Positions 21,036 through 29,166 of a stretch of DNA of 41,235 bases are shown piece after piece; within the stretch, counting starts at the first letter, position 1, and every line of letters starts with the position of its first letter. Source of the stretch: Candidatus Omnitrophota bacterium (lineage in GTDB: Bacteria; Omnitrophota; Gorgyraeia; JAGLLT01); the NCBI GenBank assembly GCA_023140385.1, contig JAGLLT010000043.1:1-41235 (forward strand), written 5' to 3'. Below the pieces are notes generated by a model. It did no database searches. It was not told where the DNA came from and worked only from the letters and a program-made list of their open reading frames with translations. Both the position numbers and the translations under genes were made by a program.

Positions 21036-21311
21036 ATGGGAGTAATATCAATAAGACTTAATCAGCAGGAAGAAAAAGTATTAAAAAGGCTGTCTAGCTA
21101 TTACGATGAGGATCGTTCAAAAGTATTGAAAAAATCTCTTATGGAAATGCATGAAACTCTGATAGATAGAAAGGTTATTGAAAAATATGAAGCAAAGGAA
21201 CGCGGAAAAAATATTAAAAAAGAAGAATTAAAAGCGGAGAATAATTTATTCTACCTGATCCCCGAAGTTTCGGGGCAAGTGAGTTTAAATGTTAGAAGTA
21301 AAAAAACTTGA
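21036..21311 (+). CDS. Orphan RHH/RelB-like antitoxin whose C-terminus reads through an attC-like site (possibly degenerate)
   Basis: 'VISIRLN..EEKVL'; strong RBS GAGGAGGT; no toxin follows; last ~20 codons are attC sequence. Confidence 0.55.
   Translation: MGVISIRLNQQEEKVLKRLSSYYDEDRSKVLKKSLMEMHETLIDRKVIEKYEAKERGKNIKKEELKAENNLFYLIPEVSGQVSLNVRSKKT
21244..21297 (+). mobile_element. attC-like site with degenerate left end
   Basis: CCTGATCCCCGAAGTTTCGGGGCAAGTGAGTTTAAAT-GTTAGAA; same family as the 29-36 kb sites. Confidence 0.75.
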
Positions 21312-21336
21312 CATATAATACCGCATATGGTATTAT
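21308..21336 (+). promoter_or_regulatory. TA promoter with operator palindrome
   Basis: TTGACA-17bp-TATTAT; inverted repeat ATAATACC-GCATAT-GGTATTAT overlaps the -10. Confidence 0.8.
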
Positions 21337-21345
21337 TCATTTATT

Positions 21346-21756
21346 ATGAAAATAGTATTAGACACTAATGTTTTATATGCTGGTTTATATTCTTCCGTAG
21401 GCGCGTCTTTCAAAATATTAAAGGCAATCGTAGATAAAAAAATAAGAATTGTTTTATCAACAACACTACTTTTTGAATATGAAGATGTCTTAAAAAGAAA
21501 AAGCAAAGAGTTGGGCTTAAATCACGAGAAGATAGAAGCCATACTAGATAATTTATGTTTTTTGTCTGAACATCAAAAAATATATTTTTTATGGAGACCA
21601 ATTTTATCAGATCCAAAGGATGATCACATTTTAGAATTAGCAGTTAGCTCAAATGCTAAAACAGTAGTTACGCATAATATAAAAGATTTTAAAAATAGTA
21701 ATAAATTTGGAATTAGAGCGATAACCCCTAAATCATTATTGGAGAAAATAAAATGA
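21346..21756 (+). CDS. PIN-domain toxin (VapC-like)
   Basis: 'IVLDTNVL', 'EYEDVL', 'DPKDDHILELAV', 'VTHNIKDF'. Confidence 0.92.
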   Translation: MKIVLDTNVLYAGLYSSVGASFKILKAIVDKKIRIVLSTTLLFEYEDVLKRKSKELGLNHEKIEAILDNLCFLSEHQKIYFLWRPILSDPKDDHILELAVSSNAKTVVTHNIKDFKNSNKFGIRAITPKSLLEKIK

Positions 21757-21986
21757 GCGCGTTAAGTTTACGTTTGCCTGATTCAATTCATCGGCATATC
21801 AAAGAAATAGCAAGGAAAGAGGGTGTTTCAATCAACCACTTTATATCTTCTGCTGTATCAGAGAAGATATCGGCATTGATTACAGAAGATTATTTAGCCA
21901 AAAGAGCTAAAAAGGCATCAGCCTCTGATTTTAGAAAAATTTTATCTAAAGTTCCCAAAAGGAAGCCTTTGTCCGGAGATGAATAA
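21753..21986 (+). CDS. RHH/HicB-like antitoxin
   Basis: 'LSLRLPDSIH...A.KEGVSINHFI'; ATGA overlap with the toxin. Confidence 0.88.
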   Translation: MSALSLRLPDSIHRHIKEIARKEGVSINHFISSAVSEKISALITEDYLAKRAKKASASDFRKILSKVPKRKPLSGDE

Positions 21987-21992
21987 ACAAAC

Positions 21993-22015
21993 GGGGTCAG
22001 ACCTCGAAATGCGAA
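21993..22015 (+). repeat. REP-like element, divergent member of the GGGGTCA family
   Basis: GGGGTCAGACCTCGA versus AGGTCAGATCTCGA (reverse complement of the copy at 32136-32160). Confidence 0.5.
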
Positions 22016-22079
22016 AAGATAATACTTCACTTAACTTATTTACTTGAAACATTGCTAAAACATCACATAGAATTAGTAA

Positions 22080-22249
22080 CTTCCGAATCAAGAGGAGCGA
22101 CTAAAAATACTCCTAACGATTTAAAGCAAGAACATCCTCATATAAAATGGCGAGCCATGGCCGGTATGCGAGACATATTGATACACAATTACTTTGGTAT
22201 AGATTATGATATTGTATGGGATGTAATTATGAACAAAATGCCCTCTTGA
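22080..22249 (+). pseudogene. HepT/DUF86 HEPN RNase toxin fragment
   Basis: 'ATKN.P..LK..HP.IKWRAMAGMRDILIHNYFGIDYDIVWD' (R-X4-H-X-Y); N-terminus and MNT antitoxin are missing. Confidence 0.82.
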
Positions 22250-22457
22250 GTCTTTCCTCTAATGCTTTATAATGAAGCATTCCTTCCATAGAATCCCGGC
22301 GGCTTGAAAAAAAGCGCGATTTATGCAATTAATAGCTATTACCCCTCCTTTTTTCTCTTAATTATTGGCTTGCCAAAAGAGGAGATGTGTGAGATTATAG
22401 AGGCGCGTAATTATTAAAGAAGAAAATGCCTTCCAAAAGGAAATTTAAAGACAAAAA

Positions 22458-24035
22458 ATGAAAGATAAAAGATCTAATCATCAAGATTGGGTGGCTATAT
22501 TGGACTTTGGTTCCCAGTACACACATTTAATCGCCCGCCGCGTAAGAGAACTAAAGGTTTATTCGGAGATAGTGCCTTTTAATATAAAGGCTAAAGATTT
22601 AGCCAAAAGAAACCCTAAGGCCATTATTCTCTCAGGCGGCCCGGCAAGCGTTACACTGAAAAAGAGCCCGGTTTGTGATAAAGGAATTTTTGAGCTCGGT
22701 GTTCCCGTTCTCGGTATTTGTTATGGAACTCAGCTTATGGGTAAGTGTTTTGGCGGCAGGGTTATAGGCGCTAAAAAGAGAGAGTATGGCAAAGCGGTAC
22801 TGTCTGTTAAATCAAAGAAGAACCTGTTTAAGGGTTTATCAGCAAAAGAAACCGTCTGGATGAGTCATGGTGACAGAATAAAGAAACTTCCCGGAGGGTT
22901 TAAGGTAATAGGTACGACTTCAAATTCACCAGTGGCCGCGATGGAGAATGCTTCAAAGAAACTCTACGGCCTTCAGTTCCATCCGGAAGTAATTCATACT
23001 CCCAACGGAAAGACTATCATAAGGAATTTTGTAAAAGATATCGCTAAATGCGAGTCTACTTGGAGTATGCGGTCTTTCACGAAAGAGACAATCGAGAAAA
23101 TCAGAGAAGATGTCGGTAACAATAAAGTTCTCTGCGGTATGTCAGGCGGAGTTGACTCTTCTGTTTTAGCCCTTTTATTGCATAAAGCCATAGGTAAAAA
23201 TTTAATTTCAATTTTTATAGACCACGGTCTTTTAAGGAAAGATGAAGCCAGGCAGGTAGAAAAAAGATTTAAAAAACATTATAAACTAAATTTAATAGTT
23301 GTTAATGCCCAGGATGATTTCTTAAAGGCCTTAAAAAATGTAACCGACCCGGAGAAAAAAAGAAAGATTATAGGTAAAATCTTTATTAAAGTTTTTGAAA
23401 GAAAAACAAGCACCCTTATGGGCATAAAAAAGCTGAGTAAGATAAAATACCTGGCTCAAGGTACGCTTTATCCCGATGTGATAGAGTCTGTTTCTCCCGC
23501 GGGCGGCCCTTCCGCGACAATAAAAAGTCATCATAATGTCGGTGGACTACCCAAGCGCCTTAAATTTAAACTGGTTGAGCCCTTAAGGGATTTATTTAAA
23601 GATGAAGTCAGATTAGTTGGAAAAGAACTCAAGATGCCCGACGAGATAATCCATAGACAGCCCTTTCCCGGGCCGGGCCTGGCTGTCCGCATCGTGGGGG
23701 CGGTTACCAGGGAACGCTGTGATATATTAAGAGAGGCCGACTGGATACTTATCGACGAGATAAAAAAGGCGGGGTTGTACAGAAAGCTCTGGCAGTCATT
23801 TTGTGTTTATCTGCCTATAAAATCGGTTGGAGTTATGGGGGACGAGAGGACCTATGAAGATGCCATTGCCATACGCGCCGTAATCAGCGAAGATGCCATG
23901 ACCGCCAGCGTAGCGCGCCTGCCTTACGATTTATTAGAAAGGACTTCAAGCCGTATTATAAATGAAGTAAAAGGCATAAATCGAGTCGTCTACGATATTT
24001 CATCAAAACCACCAAGCACGATTGAGTGGGAATAA
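22458..24035 (+). CDS. guaA: GMP synthase (glutamine-hydrolysing)
   Basis: 'LDFGSQY', 'GICYG', 'QFHPEV', 'SGGVDSSV', 'IKSHHNVGG', 'KPPSTIEWE'. Confidence 0.98.
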   Translation: MKDKRSNHQDWVAILDFGSQYTHLIARRVRELKVYSEIVPFNIKAKDLAKRNPKAIILSGGPASVTLKKSPVCDKGIFELGVPVLGICYGTQLMGKCFGGRVIGAKKREYGKAVLSVKSKKNLFKGLSAKETVWMSHGDRIKKLPGGFKVIGTTSNSPVAAMENASKKLYGLQFHPEVIHTPNGKTIIRNFVKDIAKCESTWSMRSFTKETIEKIREDVGNNKVLCGMSGGVDSSVLALLLHKAIGKNLISIFIDHGLLRKDEARQVEKRFKKHYKLNLIVVNAQDDFLKALKNVTDPEKKRKIIGKIFIKVFERKTSTLMGIKKLSKIKYLAQGTLYPDVIESVSPAGGPSATIKSHHNVGGLPKRLKFKLVEPLRDLFKDEVRLVGKELKMPDEIIHRQPFPGPGLAVRIVGAVTRERCDILREADWILIDEIKKAGLYRKLWQSFCVYLPIKSVGVMGDERTYEDAIAIRAVISEDAMTASVARLPYDLLERTSSRIINEVKGINRVVYDISSKPPSTIEWE

Positions 24036-24036
24036 G

Positions 24037-24059
24037 CTTTGACATCTTAGATGTCAAAG
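24037..24059. repeat. Perfect 23-bp palindrome
   Basis: CTTTGACATCT-T-AGATGTCAAAG. Confidence 0.9.
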
Positions 24060-24083
24060 AGAAACCAGAAACCAGTTGCCAGA
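24060..24083 (+). repeat. Heptamer tandem repeat, left arm
   Basis: AGAAACC AGAAACC AGTTGCC AGA. Confidence 0.75.
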
Positions 24084-24106
24084 AAAAAACTAAATTTGGA
24101 TATTGA

Positions 24107-24460
24107 ATGGAAGAGTTTAAATTTGATTTTGAACATCTTAAAGTTTACCAAAAAGTATTAAAGTTTATCGATAAAGTATTTGAAATAATAAAAGATTTAC
24201 CTAAAGAATATAGATATTCAATAGGAAGTAATCTCTTAAGAGCTGCTTTGTCTGTTTCAAATAACATAGCAGAAGGGAACGATAAAGTATCGCAGAAGGA
24301 AAAATTGCGTTATTTTCGAATATCTTCTGATTCTGCCAGAGAATGTGTTTCAGTTTTTATTGTTTTAAATAGGCAGAGTCTTTTAGCAGATGAAATTTTT
24401 TGGAAATTAAAAAGTAATGTTCGGGAAATCACTAGTATGCTTCGTGGATTTTCAGGGTAA
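24107..24460 (+). CDS. Four-helix-bundle protein (23S rRNA IVP / Avd-like family)
   Basis: 'FDFEHLKVYQK', 'RAALSVSNNIAEG', 'RYFRIS.DSAREC'; 117 aa; more AT-rich than its neighbours. Confidence 0.92.
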   Translation: MEEFKFDFEHLKVYQKVLKFIDKVFEIIKDLPKEYRYSIGSNLLRAALSVSNNIAEGNDKVSQKEKLRYFRISSDSARECVSVFIVLNRQSLLADEIFWKLKSNVREITSMLRGFSG

Positions 24461-24492
24461 TTCTGGTTTCTGGATTCAGATTTCTGGTATCT
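24461..24492 (-). repeat. Heptamer tandem repeat, right arm (inverted relative to the left arm)
   Basis: TTCTGGT TTCTGGA TTCAGAT TTCTGGT; reverse complement ACCAGAA matches the left arm. Confidence 0.78.
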
Positions 24493-24514
24493 AACCAAAC
24501 AAAGCGAGGTTCTG

Positions 24515-25885
24515 ATGTGCGGAATATTTGGTGTTTGTGGACATAAAGAGGCGGCTCGGCTTACTTTTCTTGGCCTTTATGCTCTTCAACATAGAGGAGA
24601 AGAGAGCGCGGGGATTATAGCTTGTGACGGCAGAAGAATCAGGCATCACAAAGGTATGGGGTTGGCAGGTGACGTTTTTGCCGGAGACGCGATTAAGCCC
24701 CTAAAAGGAAAGACGGCGGTGGGGCATGTCCGCTATTCAACTACAGGTTCGAGTAGTACCAAAAATATCCAGCCCTTTTTTGTAAATCATAAAAGAGGCC
24801 ATATAGTTATTGCTCATAACGGGAACCTTGTAAACACTTTAGAACTGCATAAAGAACTTGAAAAAAGAGGCTCTATTTTTCAGACGACAATGGACTCTGA
24901 GATAATAGCCCATCTTTTTGCCAGATCAGAGGAGAAGGATTGCAAAAAGAGAGTTGTTGCCGCCCTGTCACAATTAGAAGGATCATACTCCTTGGTTTTA
25001 ATGCTGGATAACCTGCTAATCGGAGCGAGAGATCCTCTGGGATGGAAGCCTTTGTGCATTGGCAAGTTAAATGGTGCCTATATTCTGGCCAGTGAAACCT
25101 GCGCCCTGGATCTGATACAGGCGGAGTACGTAAGAGATGTTGAGCCGGGCGAAATTGTTTTTATTACAGAAGAAGGAATAGAGTCGATAAAACCTTTCAA
25201 GAGCCGGAAGCATTCTTTGTGCATCTTTGAATACATATATTTTGCCAGGCCCGATAGTAATATTTTCGGTGATAACGTTTATTTAACCCGAAAGCGCCTT
25301 GGCGAACAGCTTGCCCGCGAATATCCCGCTGATTGTGATTTGGTAATGTCAATACCTGATTCAGGCAGTTACGCGGCGGTAGGTTACGCGAGGGAAGCCG
25401 GGATACCTTATGAGATTGGTATGATAAGAAATCACTACGTCGGCAGAACCTTTATTCAGCCATCGCAGTTTATCAGGGACTTTAAAGTCAAGGTAAAGCT
25501 CAATTCCATAAAGGACGTTTTAAAAGATAAACGCGTAGTGGTTGTTGAAGATTCTATCGTTCGCGGCACCACCAGCCGCGCGAGAATAAAGGCCATCAGG
25601 CAGGCCGGCGCCAAAGAAATTCATATGCGTGTAACCTGTCCTCCTCTGAGGCACCCCTGTTTCTTCGGCATCGATTTTCCTACTAAAAAAGAACTTATTG
25701 CCGCGAATAATTCAATAGAACAAATTCGGGACTTTCTGGGACTGGATAGTTTAGGATATTTAAGCCTGGAGGGTATGCTTAAGGCTATGATGCTGCCTAA
25801 AGATGAGTTTTGCACAGCCTGTTTTTCAGGAAACTACCCAATTAAACTTCCCAAGAAACTCTCAAAACACGCTCTTGAAAAGTAG
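24515..25885 (+). CDS. purF: Amidophosphoribosyltransferase
   Basis: N-terminal 'MCGIFG', 'LQHRG', 'GHVRYST', PRPP loop 'VVEDSIVRGTT', Fe-S 'CTACF'. Confidence 0.98.
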   Translation: MCGIFGVCGHKEAARLTFLGLYALQHRGEESAGIIACDGRRIRHHKGMGLAGDVFAGDAIKPLKGKTAVGHVRYSTTGSSSTKNIQPFFVNHKRGHIVIAHNGNLVNTLELHKELEKRGSIFQTTMDSEIIAHLFARSEEKDCKKRVVAALSQLEGSYSLVLMLDNLLIGARDPLGWKPLCIGKLNGAYILASETCALDLIQAEYVRDVEPGEIVFITEEGIESIKPFKSRKHSLCIFEYIYFARPDSNIFGDNVYLTRKRLGEQLAREYPADCDLVMSIPDSGSYAAVGYAREAGIPYEIGMIRNHYVGRTFIQPSQFIRDFKVKVKLNSIKDVLKDKRVVVVEDSIVRGTTSRARIKAIRQAGAKEIHMRVTCPPLRHPCFFGIDFPTKKELIAANNSIEQIRDFLGLDSLGYLSLEGMLKAMMLPKDEFCTACFSGNYPIKLPKKLSKHALEK

Positions 25886-26022
25886 AAAGTGCTATCGATG
25901 AAGTAAAACGCGTTTCAGCCTACCGGCCTTAAGGGCTTATCAGGTAACATTCTTCTGTACAAATCCCGTTTTTTTATTTATAATATCCTTTATATCCGTT
26001 ATCACACATAAGGAAAAGACAA

Positions 26023-26856
26023 ATGAATAAAATTATCTCAAAAAGAAAACTTTCTGAAGGTATTTATCGTTATACCTTTGAAAACAAGGAGTTAGCTATT
26101 GCCAGAAAACCCGGCCAGTTTTTAATATTAAGGGTTCATGATAAAGGGGAAAGGATCCCGCTTACTATTATGGATTCTGATTCGGAAAAAGGAACGGTGG
26201 ATATTATCTTTCAGGCGGTCGGCAAGACAACGAATCTTCTATCGGATTTAAATGAGGGCGACCGCATTCTTGATGTTGCCGGCCCTTTAGGCAATCCTAC
26301 TCTCATAGAGAATTTCGGCCGCTGTGTTGCCATCGGAGGCGGAGTAGGGACGGCTGTTTTGTTTCCTGTTTTAAAAGCCTTAAAAGAGGCGGGTAATTAT
26401 GTGATTGCCATAATAGGCGCGAGAGACAAGGATACTCTCATATTAATTGATGAAGTAAAGGCTATAAGTGATGAATTGGTTATTACTACCGATGACGGCT
26501 CGGCGGGAACCAAGGGTTTTGTAACTGATGCCTTAAATCAACTTATCGGCCGTGATGATAAAATAGATTATGTTTACGCGGTAGGCCCCGTGGTAATGAT
26601 GAAAAACACGGCCGTTCTTACAAAAGAACATAATATTAAAACAGAAGTCAGCTTAAACCCAATAATGGTTGACGGAACAGGTATGTGCGGTTCCTGCCGG
26701 TGTATGGTTGACGGCAAGGAGCGTTTTGCCTGTATTCACGGGCCGGATTTTGATGGGCACAAGGTTGACTTTAATCTTTTAACACAGCGCCTTAAAATGT
26801 TTGAGGGCAGGGAGCAGGAATCAATGAGCTGTGGATGTGAAAAGAAGGAAGAATAA
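26023..26856 (+). CDS. nfnA: Electron-bifurcating transhydrogenase small subunit (NfnA/SudB-like)
   Basis: 'GERIPLTI', 'GPLG', 'GGGVG', 'TDDGS', 'MVDGTGMCGSCR', 'FACIHGPDFD'. Confidence 0.88.
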   Translation: MNKIISKRKLSEGIYRYTFENKELAIARKPGQFLILRVHDKGERIPLTIMDSDSEKGTVDIIFQAVGKTTNLLSDLNEGDRILDVAGPLGNPTLIENFGRCVAIGGGVGTAVLFPVLKALKEAGNYVIAIIGARDKDTLILIDEVKAISDELVITTDDGSAGTKGFVTDALNQLIGRDDKIDYVYAVGPVVMMKNTAVLTKEHNIKTEVSLNPIMVDGTGMCGSCRCMVDGKERFACIHGPDFDGHKVDFNLLTQRLKMFEGREQESMSCGCEKKEE

Positions 26857-26858
26857 AT

Positions 26859-28280
26859 ATGCCAGGCCCTAAAGAAATAATTTATATGCCGGCTCAGGAT
26901 CCGGAAAAAAGGAAAAAAAACTTTGATGAAGTGGCCCTGGGTTTAAGTGAAGAACAGGCTGTAAGCGAAGCTCAAAGATGCTTAAACTGCAAGAAACCTC
27001 TTTGTATGCAGGGCTGTCCGGTAGGTATCAGTATACCCGAGTTTATTATGCTTATTAAAGAACGTAAATTTTTAGAGGCGGCCAGAGTAATAAAGAAGGA
27101 AAATCTGCTTCCGGCTATATGCGGCAGGGTTTGTCCGCAGGAAGACCAGTGCGAGAAGGCCTGTGTGCTCGATAGAACAGGCAAGGCCATTGCTATCGGT
27201 TATCTGGAAAGGTTTGCGGCCGATTATGAAATGAAAAATAGTCAGCATAAAAAAGAAAAAGGGGCCATCAGCCATCAGCCATCAGCCATCAGCTCACAGC
27301 AATGTAAAATTGCTGTGATTGGTTCCGGCCCATCCGGCCTTACCTGCGCCAGCGAACTTAGAAAGAAGGGTTATCAGGTAACACTTTTTGAAGCCTTTCA
27401 TAAGCCGGGCGGTGTTTTGATGTACGGTATTCCGTCATTCAGACTGCCTAAGGAGATTGTTAAGTATGAGATAGATAATCTGCGAAAAATGGGAGTTGAA
27501 ATAAAGGTAAACAGCGTTATAGGCCGGTTGAAAACGGTTGACCAGCTTATTAAGGATGAAGGCTACAGCGCGGTTTATATAGCCACAGGAGCCGGCCATC
27601 CTGTCTTTATGGGCATCGTGGGAGAAGAGCTTAATTACATCTATTCTTCCAATGAATTTTTAACCCGCTGTAATCTGATGGAGGCCTATAAGTTTCCCGA
27701 AACAGATACCCCTATTGTTTTAGGTAAAAGGGTTGCCGTTATAGGCGGCGGAAACACGGCTATGGACTCGGCTAGATGCGCCTTGAGAATGGGTACGGAA
27801 AAAGTTTATTGCGTATACAGGCGTTCTGAAAAAGAGATGCCGGCCAGAGTTGAAGAGATAGAGCACGCCAAAGAAGAAGGCATTGAGTTTATGTTTCTAA
27901 CAGCGCCGGTCAGATACACCGGAGATGAAGACAATAACGTAAAAAAAGCCGTCTGCATAAAAATGGAGCTGGGCGAGCCCGATGCTTCAGGAAGAAGAAG
28001 GCCTGTACCCATAGAAGGCAGTGAATTTGAAATTGAAGTAGATTCGGTCATCGTAGCCATAGGCACCAACGCCAACCCCCTAATCTCCGACACCACAGAC
28101 AACCTTGAGGTCAACAAATGGGGATACATCACAACCGATGAAGAAGGCCGAACAACAAAAAAACAAGTCTACGCCGGAGGCGACATAGTAACCGGCTCAG
28201 CCACCGTCATAGAAGCCATGGGAGCCGGAAAAAAAGCCGCGCATATAATAGATAAGGATCTATGTAGGGACAGGTCATGA
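26859..28280 (+). CDS. nfnB: Electron-bifurcating transhydrogenase large subunit (NfnB/SudA-like, GltD homologue)
   Basis: 'RCLNCKKPLC..GCP', 'CGRVCPQE.QCE', 'GGGNTAMDSAR', 'GGDIVTGSATVI'; paired with nfnA. Confidence 0.88.
   Translation: MPGPKEIIYMPAQDPEKRKKNFDEVALGLSEEQAVSEAQRCLNCKKPLCMQGCPVGISIPEFIMLIKERKFLEAARVIKKENLLPAICGRVCPQEDQCEKACVLDRTGKAIAIGYLERFAADYEMKNSQHKKEKGAISHQPSAISSQQCKIAVIGSGPSGLTCASELRKKGYQVTLFEAFHKPGGVLMYGIPSFRLPKEIVKYEIDNLRKMGVEIKVNSVIGRLKTVDQLIKDEGYSAVYIATGAGHPVFMGIVGEELNYIYSSNEFLTRCNLMEAYKFPETDTPIVLGKRVAVIGGGNTAMDSARCALRMGTEKVYCVYRRSEKEMPARVEEIEHAKEEGIEFMFLTAPVRYTGDEDNNVKKAVCIKMELGEPDASGRRRPVPIEGSEFEIEVDSVIVAIGTNANPLISDTTDNLEVNKWGYITTDEEGRTTKKQVYAGGDIVTGSATVIEAMGAGKKAAHIIDKDLCRDRS
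27264..27300 (+). repeat. Heptamer tandem repeat inside nfnB
   Basis: GCCATCA x4 perfect, then GCTCACA; encodes AISHQPSAISSQ. Confidence 0.92.
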
Positions 28281-28284
28281 CATG
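28264..28284 (+). repeat. Truncated GTAG-type REP-like palindrome containing the nfnB stop codon
   Basis: GTAG-GGACAGGTCA-TGACATG; the expected right arm TGACCTGTCC is decayed. Confidence 0.5.
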
Positions 28285-28398
28285 ATACATAAAAAAGATA
28301 AGTGTCAGCAAAATTGGGGGGGGCGCAGAATTTTAAAGCAATAAGATAGTTTCTAAAAAATGCGTATTTCATATATTAACTATTAGAAAGCATAAGAA

Positions 28399-29046
28399 AT
28401 GAAAAAATATTTTTCGTTGTCAATTCAACTTGTAAATCAGAAAATATTCTATGTATTTCTTGTAACAATACTTTCAGCAATTAATCTAACAGGTATCAAT
28501 CTTATATTCTTATTGCTGGAATCAATTATAACATTCTCAATCTTAATAGTTATATATGGACGTTTTATTGAGCAAATAACCGGAAAGCCAAAAGAACTTG
28601 CTAAAAATATATTTAATCGTAATTGGATAAATTATATTGCGGTATGTTTTATAGTATTTTTGCCTATTGTGCTTGGAAGTTTCTTAAATTTTACCTCGAA
28701 TAAAATAGTTAATTTCTCCCTACAAGCTATTATCGCAGTTTTGTCTATTTATATTTTTCCACTTATTTTTCTAACTGGAAAAGGATTACTAACTATTCAA
28801 GTCGGTTTAAATTATCTATTTAAAAATCTCCAAAGCAGTGTACCATTGATGTTATTAGCTTTTAATATAGTAGTTATCAAGCTGTTGTTCTTTCCATATT
28901 TTGTTGTAGATATTTTAAAAGATCCTCATTTTTTAAAGTTTTTTTTATGGAGTTGCGGGATAAATTTTGCTCTAATATATTTAAATTTTGTGGTTTTTTG
29001 CACAGCGGGGTTCAAATTAACAGATAAAAAAACACAAGAAGAATAG
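28399..29046 (+). CDS. Cassette: hypothetical multi-pass membrane protein
   Basis: 215-aa hydrophobic ORF, very AT-rich, followed by attC. Confidence 0.75.
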   Translation: MKKYFSLSIQLVNQKIFYVFLVTILSAINLTGINLIFLLLESIITFSILIVIYGRFIEQITGKPKELAKNIFNRNWINYIAVCFIVFLPIVLGSFLNFTSNKIVNFSLQAIIAVLSIYIFPLIFLTGKGLLTIQVGLNYLFKNLQSSVPLMLLAFNIVVIKLLFFPYFVVDILKDPHFLKFFLWSCGINFALIYLNFVVFCTAGFKLTDKKTQEE

Positions 29047-29076
29047 GTATATTGAAGTGATTGCAAGAGGAAAAAT

Positions 29077-29141
29077 TTCTAACAAATCACTGAATGCCGA
29101 TCCCCCCAAACCATCGGGGTAGGTGAGCTTGAATGTTAGAA
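29077..29141 (+). mobile_element. attC site
   Basis: TTCTAAC...GATCCCCCCAAACCATCGGGGTAGGTGAG...GTTAGAA. Confidence 0.88.
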
Positions 29142-29166
29142 GAAAAATAAATAATTGGAGGAGAAA

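Noticed and set aside
22250..22457. Purine riboswitch upstream of guaA
   Set aside because: No recognisable aptamer core; only a short AATGCTT/AAGCATT inverted repeat.
23410..23425. Possible small palindromic in-frame insert in guaA (GCACCCTTATGGGCAT, TSTLMGI)
   Set aside because: Pairing is weak and the insert cannot be confirmed without an alignment.
24107..24460. Diversity-generating retroelement (Avd-like gene)
   Set aside because: No reverse transcriptase and no TR/VR pair differing at adenines was seen in the window.
26859..28280. Second glutamate synthase small subunit
   Set aside because: It is paired with an NfnA-type gene and carries NfnB/SudA-type motifs; the true gltD is beside gltB.
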